Shown piece by piece: positions 55,663-64,000 of a stretch of DNA of 64,000 nucleotides. This stretch comes from Yuukianura sp. NJ FZ-2021 (Eukaryota): assembly GCA_046563655.1 (NCBI GenBank), contig CM102287.1, positions 8,618,001-8,682,000 of the forward strand. The letters are read 5' to 3'. Numbering within the stretch: position 1 is the stretch's first letter; every line of letters begins with the position of its first letter. The translations under genes were made by a program, and so were the position numbers. Under the pieces are notes generated by a model that had not been told where the DNA came from, did no database searches, and saw only the letters and a list, made by a program, of their open reading frames with translations.

Positions 55663-56412
55663 TCAATTTGCTTCTATGACCTCTCCAACAACAGCTACTG
55701 CTTCAATTTCAATCAAAGAATTCTGTAAAAAAAATAAAAAGCTTATGAAAAAAGTTTAATTTAACTTTTTTAAATGTAATTTACTATTTTTTTAAATTTT
55801 ACAAATTTTTTCGTACCTTGGGAAGGACGGAAACTTGGTAAGCAGCACGGGCAGGAAATTTTTCTTTAAAATCTAATGCAAAACAGGAAAAAAAGAAGTT
55901 TTTTGGAAATGCAAAATTCGGAAATTGAACATTTTAAGTTCAAAAAACGAAAATTTTCTTACATTCTCCATATACTTTGTTGACGACTTGGAACGTGCTA
56001 AAGTCTGACAAGAGAACAGTTGTTTTCACGACTAAAAACAGAAAATGTTGACTCAACTGAAGTTAATTTTTACTTAATTAAATTAATTGACTAACTAATT
56101 AACATGTCAGCTTACCATTTTTGTAGGAAGTTCCTGCTTCTGTTAAAATGTGACCAAGATTGTCAAGTGCCAATCTTGTTTGAGCTTCAATTCCTGTAGC
56201 CAGTTCTCCTTGTACGTCCATTCCCAGTTGACCTGACACATAAAGAGTGTCATTCACCAGCACTCCTTGACTAGTTAAAGTTAAATATATACTTTAATAT
56301 ATTAATTTAGTTTAACATATTTTAATTAAATAGTTTAGTCTTACCTGTAAGGTGCAATTGGTTGAGGAGCTTTTGGTGTAGAAATAATTCTGCGAATAAT
56401 TTTGCTGGCCAT
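55663..56412 (-). CDS. RIDA: RidA reactive intermediate imine deaminase (YjgF/YER057c/UK114)
   Basis: Spliced MASKIIRRIISTPKAPQPIAPYSQGVLVNDTLYVSGQLGMD...VVKTTVLL...FPARAAYQVSVLPKNSLIEIEAVA. Catalytic Arg is present in PAR. Confidence 0.95.
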
Positions 56413-57376
56413 TTTCCCACTCGTGTCTTTGATGCTGAATATCTAGTTCCTTTGAAGTTTAAATTCTGTCTGGAACTTGAGACTAAAAGATATTACATGA
56501 AGAAATGCTTTCGAAACTAAGTTACAGTTAGGAGGTTATCTTGCACAAGGTCAAACTCACCACGGTGATAGGAAAAGACACAATACAAGGTCAAAAGGTC
56601 ACCAAAGGTCAATTGAAATCACGACACTCTCTCATCTATGCGTCTCAACAACTTGTTTTATGTTACAGACTTACCACTTTAGTTTTGCTTTTGCTTTGAA
56701 GACAAAGTTTTTGGAAAATTTTGGAGTTTTCAAAACAGCGAATTTTGAAACCTTGTTTCACATTTTTAGCGGCTAAAAATACGGAATTTTTTTTTTGTAT
56801 TAGCTTAGCTGTGCGGTGCAGTTTTTTCCGCACAATTAGCTTCCTTTTAATCTGTGATCGTCGTTTTGATATTTAAATTTTCCAGTTTTAGACAAAAAAT
56901 TAGCGGTTTTATGTTGTTGTAAGAAATAAATTGTACAAAATTTTCCTCGTTCTGTTTTTTAATTTTGGTTTGTATTTTTTGAAAGATTGGAAAACTTTGA
57001 AAATACAAATGGAAATTTTCACTTTGTGGTTTTGACGAGTTCAACCAACACTCCAGAATTAGATGAAAGTTAGTCGTGTCTCAAGTATTATCAAAACACA
57101 AACAAAAAAGGTACAGACTTTGCAATTTTTTTTGTGTTGTTTGACTTAGGTAAATAGAAAAAACAAGTTTTTTCAGTGCAATTTTTTGGATGATATACGC
57201 AATCTCGTGCCTCTTCTCTTGCAGTCGGATCCGACTTTTCAAAGTATAGAAAAACCAAAATTATTGAGCTGATTCCGTTCCAGTTCTCATTCATCTCGCC
57301 TTACAAAAACATCTCACTTTTTAGTTCTAAAGAAAGAAGGAGAGGTCAAGAGGTCAATCACAAGTTAACACACATT

Positions 57377-59072
57377 ATGGCAGTTAACACACTTCTACTA
57401 GACTTTCGTCTTCCACACAAACACACCCAGTGTCTACAAGGTAACTAATTCAGTATAACTTAACATAGCAAAACTATCTTAAACATGATAGATTAATGAA
57501 TAGTTGTCACATTTTATACCTAACCTGTATTAGTTAATTGTAATTAACTAATTTTTACTGCTGTACTTTTTTGAATGCATTACCTTTAACTTCAAGTTTT
57601 TGAATTTTAACAGAAATTGAAGCAATAGTTTTGGAAGGATTTGAGCAATTTGCAGAATTTGGGCAGAATTCAATTCAGCGAATTTTTAGTGACGCTGAAT
57701 CGCTGTCACTTTTTAAAGGACCGAAAGAATCGCTGATTACCGTGAAACTGTACCGGGAGAGGTCATTGGTCACAGTGACCGTTGAATATTACCTGGCAAC
57801 TGAACAGGAACCACTGTTAACATATACGGTAAAGTTCCAATTCCAAATTTTGTTTTTGTTTTTTTGAAATTTGAAAAAGATTTTTGAACTTTCGTTTTTT
57901 AGGATTGTTGCACACTCGAAAAGCAATGGAGTTCTGCAACCGGAGAATCAAAACCCGCTAAGACTCTGCCACGCGTCTTTCGTGGAGGAGCGCTGGATGT
58001 TTACGTTTGTACAACAGGTAATTCTGAATTTTTTTTAAAAATTTTGACATAAAATTTTATGAAATATTGAAATTTTTGAATTTTGTAGATGGACGCCTAC
58101 TGGAGTATGACATAGAAGAAACTTGTTTAGACGTTCAATCGAAGTATCAGCATGTTCAAATTTTCAAAACGAAATCTTTTGGGAAAATGTTGGTCCTAGA
58201 TGACGATCCAAGTAAATTCAAAATTTTGACAATTATTTTTTTCCAAAATTTGAAAATTCAGTTTTCCACGAATTCCGGCGTATTTTTCAACTAGATTTGG
58301 CCGAATCAGATTCCATTTACACCGAAGCGTTGATGCGACACGGAATAGAAAATTACGAAAATTCGGAAATTTTGATTCTTGGTGGCGGAGACGGCGCGTT
58401 ACTGGCTGCATTGCTACAAGAAAATCCTAAAAAAGTTACCATGCTTGAGGTAAAATTTGAAAATTTGAGTTTTTCGAAAAAATTTGACCTCACGTGACCT
58501 TTGCCATTTTGGTTTCAGATTGACGAAACTGTGATGGACGCTTGTAGAAAGCATCTTCGCTCAGTTTGTGGATCGGTGCTGGACCAACTGAAAGGTCCAA
58601 ATTATGAGGTCAGTAGCAAAAAATTCAAATTCAAATTCAAAAATTTTGGAAAATATGGATGTCAAAGGTCAAATATTTTGATTTCCAGATTATCATATGT
58701 GATTGTCTTCCTGTTATGACTGAAATGCTACAACGTGGTGTTCAGTTTGACTTTGTTTTTGGTGACCTCACGACAATTCCAGTAACACCGAACGGAACGG
58801 TCAACGACACTTATTCATTTGTCTCCGAAGTTTTGGAAATCGGTTTCAAGCTTTTACGTCCAACTGGAAAGTTCATGACTCACAGCGCAGGCAGTTCCGG
58901 ACCAGAATCGGCTGAAATGCTTGAAAGTCTGCTCAAATCCAAAGGTCAACGAGGTCACCAAGGTCATTCCGTCGAAATTTCCAAGAAAATGGAATTTGTT
59001 CCTTCCTTTAGCGAATACTGGGCATTCTATGCCGTAAGTTTTACGGATCAAGTGCAACCACCTTCAGGTTGA
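57377..59072 (+). CDS. SMS: Spermine synthase
   Basis: Multi-exon. Contains MAVNTLLLDF, DGRLLEYDI, SKYQHVQI...LVLDDDPNLAESD, ILILGGGDGALL, VTMLEIDE.VM.AC, FGDLT and FVPSFSEYW.F. Confidence 0.95.
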
Positions 59073-60226
59073 TCAATGCGACATTTGGTAGACAACAATT
59101 TCATCGACACGACATTTCATCAACTCCAACTCCGTATTCCAGCTCGATTACTTCATTAATTAATCGTTCCATTTCCTCCAATAACTACCTCATTTCATTT
59201 TGTAAATGAATTGTTTCATTAGTATTTCCACTTTAGTTGGTTCGGAAAAATTTTGAAGTTTAATTAGTATCTTTAGCGCAGTCGTCGACAAAATTCTTTT
59301 TCGCTTTTCTTGCTCAAATGTTCTTCTGCATCCAAAAATGGATTTAGTGTTGCTAGGTGTAACTTTTCAAGTAACTGTTTAAGTAGGTCATGTTGCCTTG
59401 AATGTCTTGGATTAAATTATCACTTTGTCTCTAAGGTCATTCCACTTTCGCTTTGGTCAATTTATTGAACCAACTTTCACCTCATACAAGTTCATTGTTA
59501 GTTAACTTTCATCCTCCGTCCAGAAAACCTCTCACGCGATACGTTCTGTTCAAAGTCTTCGAACTTCTAAAGTTTCAAAAAAAATTCCAAAGTCAAATTT
59601 AAGCTTTCAGGGAGAAAGTTTTACATTTCAAATCTTCAACAAAACCGCAACAAGATAGAAATTTCCGACTATTTTCGAAATAATTTTCTACGCCGAATTT
59701 TTTTTGGAATTCAATTTTTAGTACGTGCGGCATGTTTTTAAGAGTTATATCGCTCGAAGGACAAAGCAATTTGAAAAGTTTGGAACTTTAATTACGTGCC
59801 ATTGTATGTTTGTCTCTGGATTTTCTGCACTTTGGCAGTGACTCAGCAGTTACAAATAAATATTCATAAGTTTCTTTATAACTCTTCCTGTTTATTCTGG
59901 ATTCACAGCCTTACTACCTAAAATTTAAAGCTCCTTGTGTAAAGTCATACTGTAGTCGTCGGTCATCCTGCTTCTGAAACTGCTGCAGAAAACTCATAGC
60001 CAGAATCCAAGTAAGATCATCTGTGCTATCTCATTCATCTCTCAACAAAGAGCCTCACTTAATACCTAGAGCTTTTGGTATTTTTATAAAAATTCTTTCT
60101 AGATTTTGAAAAACATCGTTTCTAAGTGTAATTTGCCCTTAACCAAAATTGTTCATTAGACGCGGCAGGGCAACCTACCATTATTTTCTACAAAACATAG
60201 CAGAACTGATTTTCAAAATTTCGACA

Positions 60227-60632
60227 ATGGCACTCAAGGTAACTATCCGTCCACTTCAAGTTTTCGGTTGCTTCCTGGTTATGGTCGCAACGTTGATTTC
60301 TGTTTCATCAGCTGCTCCTGCTCCCAAACCGGATTTCATTGATGAATGGAACACAAAGTAAGTGCAATGACCTCAGTTTGACCACAGTTGAGGAAGTTCA
60401 GTTAAGTTTAAGTATTTCACTAAAGTTCACTTCTACTTCCACTTTTTTGAATTTTAGCAAAGTTCATCAGGTCAAGGCTGAAGACGGAACTGTCTATGAA
60501 CTGAGTACGAGAGACATCATTTTGATCAGCGTCGCAGCGATCATCATCTTCTTCATCCTCGTGTGCCTCATTGGATACTGTCTCTGTGAATGCGTTCGCA
60601 GTATCATTTGTTGCATTTGTTGTTGCGAATAG
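60227..60632 (+). CDS. Small type I membrane protein with Cys-rich tail (shisa/CYSTM-like architecture)
   Basis: Exons 60227-60357 (signal peptide ...VSSA-APAPKP) and 60458-60632 (TM, then CLCECVRSIICCICCCE*). Confidence 0.8.
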
Positions 60633-62051
60633 CATATGCTGACACACCACACGCTAAGAAAGATGTAAGAAATTACGAAATTAGGCTTAGGTTAACGTTT
60701 TATGATAACTTAACAATAAACGATAATCGAATGTAATCGCAATCGAAATAACTTTTAACCATAATGGCCTTAGTGTTAACGTGGCAAATATAAAAATAGA
60801 TTCTTTTCTTGTAAAAATTTCGATTTGCACGTTTGTAGACAACCTACGATTTTTTCCAATGTTTCCATTGTATTTTATTGTACTTTTTTCGCTTTCATTG
60901 TAATCTTGAGATTAGAAATGAAGCAAAAAGCACTCAAACGGTTGTGAATTGTAAACTTTCAATGTGTTTTTGACACTTCTAGGTTTTAAGAATCGCATAT
61001 CAAGTTTTATGTTTAACTTTCTAATTTGTGCATAACATAATTCATTCCAGGCAATTTCAATTTTGGCAGCTCTCCAAATTTCAGAGTGATGCAAGGCTAG
61101 GAATGGCTTTAAATGTCATTGTTCATTGTATAAAGACTAAACTGAGATAATGTGCAACTATAACTAACAGTACAATTAAAATTAACTAACAGTTAGGAAA
61201 GCTTATCCAAATGTTAAATGCGTCGTAACAGTTTAAGACCAAGATTTGTTGAAGAAACGAATCTTTTGAGTGACCAATGTCGTAAAATTATTATAATACT
61301 GGACGTATTTGTCTCAATTTGTGCCTTTCACTTAATGATTAGCAAATTTACACTTTTCTAAATTCTAGATTCCATGTTCAAAGTGTAAATTAAAAAATTG
61401 TATAGCTAAAATTAAAAGTTGAATTTGACAAATTGGAATCCGGGTTTGAAATTTTGATGTTGAGAATAAACGTCACTCGAAAAAAATCCCATAGAGTTTA
61501 TAAATAAAAATCAAAAATTTTGTTTAAAAAAATCCGCCTGGCGTTGAACCTTATGTCTTATTATTCTGATTTTTTGAATTCTAACTTTTTTTTTCACCTT
61601 TTTGTCTGCAAATTGGATTTGAAAAATTTAAATTGTGTTAAACTCCATCAGCGTAAAGGAAAGCATTTTTAATTTTGAAGTATGATACGCCGAAGGCATT
61701 TGAAACTGTGCTTTTGGTGCGCAGCGATTCCAAGAAACTCTAAGTTTAGAATTGATTACTTCATTAATATGGCGCTTCTAGACCATAAAAATTGACAGTT
61801 GCAAATTTAATAACTGGACAGTTGACCCCTTCGGATCAAACAATAGAAAATTTTCAGTTAGCAATTCTTCCCTATCTGTCTAAATACTCTCCGAACATTT
61901 TAGTTATTTGTAGCAGAAAATACTAATAACCTTGCAGGATTGATTTTGATTTGGCTCTTGTTCTCTACTGTCTACTGGTTAAAAATCGGTTCACCAACAA
62001 CAATCGCTGCAATTTTCAAAATCGCAACAATTTAAAAACTTGGTGCTGGAG

Positions 62052-62574
62052 ATGGACCGAAATTCGAGCAGAATCGGCAAAACTATTTTCAAATTCCGTG
62101 CAGAAAATTGCGTCTTCTGTGTCGTTCCATTTTCTCGCGAATTCCGTAAAACTTCGGCTCCAGATACCTCGGGAAAGGGGAATCCGAATCGCAAGGAATT
62201 CAAACGACCAGGGAAAAAGTAATTAATATAATAAATAATAAATTAATAATAAATAATGAATAATATATTAATAATAAATAATAAATTAATCATTGACATT
62301 AACATCTACAATTTTCATCTGCTCATTCCCAACAGCTTAAATAAGTAGAACTTTATTTTATTTCAGTGCCACTGATGCACCTAAAACAACATACACTGCA
62401 GACAAGGTTACAACTACAGGAATGCTCATCTCATTGGCCATAGTGTCTATTATGATTTTGATCCTGATGACCTTGATGACCTGGACGTTCCACCAGTGGG
62501 TCAAGGACACTTATGCACTCATTAACATCAAACTCCGTCGCAAAAGATACGATACCAAAATATTCACAGTTTGA
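62052..62574 (+). CDS. Small single-pass membrane protein
   Basis: Last exon 62366-62574 encodes a Thr-rich stalk, TM MLISLAIVSIMILILMTLMTW and tail RRKRYDTKIFTV*. A phase-2-compatible upstream exon lies at 62052-62218; the start is uncertain. Confidence 0.55.
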
Positions 62575-63074
62575 AACATATTTCAAAATTCAGTTCTAAG
62601 CATTTCAGAATCCGATTTGTTCCAAAACTTCTTCAGTCTGGTTCGTGACTTAAAAATTCCGAATCAGCAATTTTTGAAAGTGTTAACTGTCCACTTCCAG
62701 AAGGCGTCGTCAGTAAAGAAACGTGTGATGAACCATTGTTCTAAGGATTGTTTATACATTTCATTCTTCGAAGGCATTACTTTTCAGCACTATTTTTATA
62801 GTTGACACTTTAAAAACTGTCCTTATCGTGTCTTTTGCCCTGGGAGGACAAAAGGACAGACTCTTCTAGTAGTTGCACTAATTTTTAAGTCGTATTTCTT
62901 CTTGGCCACTGCATTACTTTGTGCCTTCTCCAGACGAAATTTATTGGGTTTGGCAAGCACGTCTCAAAAGTCACCGAAACTTGAAGGTATTGTGTTATAT
63001 AACATATTTTAATTATTATAATGATCATTAAATATTTAAATATAAAGTATAGTATAATACGGAAGCTGTTGGAA

Positions 63075-64000
63075 ATGAACAAAACCGAAATGGTGTGGGA
63101 AGGAGAACGAAACTTTTATAAACTTCGTCACAGACTTATGCTGAGAGAAAAAGTTGAAGCCATAGGAGTGGCATTGTTCGATTTCGTAAGTCTATCTTTT
63201 CTGAATTTTGAAATATTTTGAAAATTGGTTTCCGAAATTTTGAAATTAGTACGTTTTGGATTTTACAGATTGTAGGTTTCGTTGGTACAATTGCTTGTGT
63301 AGCGCAAATGGTTGAAACTAAGTCGTTTTTTCCATTTGTCGCTCCCGCTGGATACGTTGATGACATGGAAGGTTAGTTCAAACCAAAATTTTCAAAAGCA
63401 CAAATTCAGGCTTGATTTTTGGAAAAAAAACTTTTCGGAAAATATTTTTCAAAATTTTAGGACCAATTTCAAGACGACTGCTGTACTTGTCATTCTACTG
63501 TACTTTCCCATCACTTCTCATTTGCTCCATTCTCCTGCTCGCTGGAATTTTGATGGTAAGATTTTGAAAAACTTTGAAATGAAAAACAAGATTTGCACAA
63601 AATTCAGAAACTACAGCTCTTTTCTTTTCATTTTAGCGACGAACTTGCTGCATCAGTTTTTGGTACATCCCGAACGCACTTGGATTGATTCTTCACACAG
63701 CGCTTGTCGTAATCGGCGCAGTTTTGAATGTGTGGAGAGTGTATGCCATCAGTGGCTCACTTCTGGCTTTTAGAATCCTTCTTCTTGCGAAAATCTACAA
63801 TTTCCAGAGAGCTTTAGCATTTGACCGAGCTGAAGACAAGTTGCTTGATGACCTTTGTCTCCAGAGCCTGGAAGTTGAAGAAGCATGTCGACGACAATTC
63901 GATGACATGCGTAAGGTCAATGGTGAAATTGTCAAAGAAACGAAGGCGGTCACCCGAGCTGTTCTGAATGACATAGGTCAAACTGTTGCCAATGATGGTC
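63075..64000 (+). CDS. Four-TM membrane protein (LAPTM/DUF4728-like topology), truncated by the window end
   Basis: Exons 63075-63185, 63269-63371, 63461-63555 and 63637->64000 are in frame. Four hydrophobic segments including ICSILLLAGILMRRTCCISFWYIP, then a charged helical tail. Confidence 0.65.

Overview
Eukaryotic (metazoan, probably arthropod-like) AT-rich genomic DNA with short GT-AG introns, mostly about 60-100 nt. It is not prokaryotic, and there are no CRISPR arrays or rRNA genes. From 1 to 26 kb is a large minus-strand gene with an N-terminal SAMD5-type SAM domain (SKIP/SASH1-like). Its introns hold a Pol III/tRNA-headed element and a 2.76-kb TIR element with TAT...ATA ends, a 6-bp TSD and an internal 176/177-bp tandem array. 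From 29 to 64 kb is gene-dense: a secreted Pro-rich repeat protein with a 1-bp frameshift, ODAD3/CCDC151 lying tail-to-tail with a CatSper beta-like gene, a copine with two duplicated alternative last exons, and NCBP2AS2. These are followed by a run of small orphan single-pass membrane proteins, two paralogous furin-site prepropeptide genes, RidA head-to-head with spermine synthase, and a 4-TM protein cut by the window end. Gene models were built by hand from splice signals and reading-frame phase. Homology calls come from recalled family motifs, not database searches.
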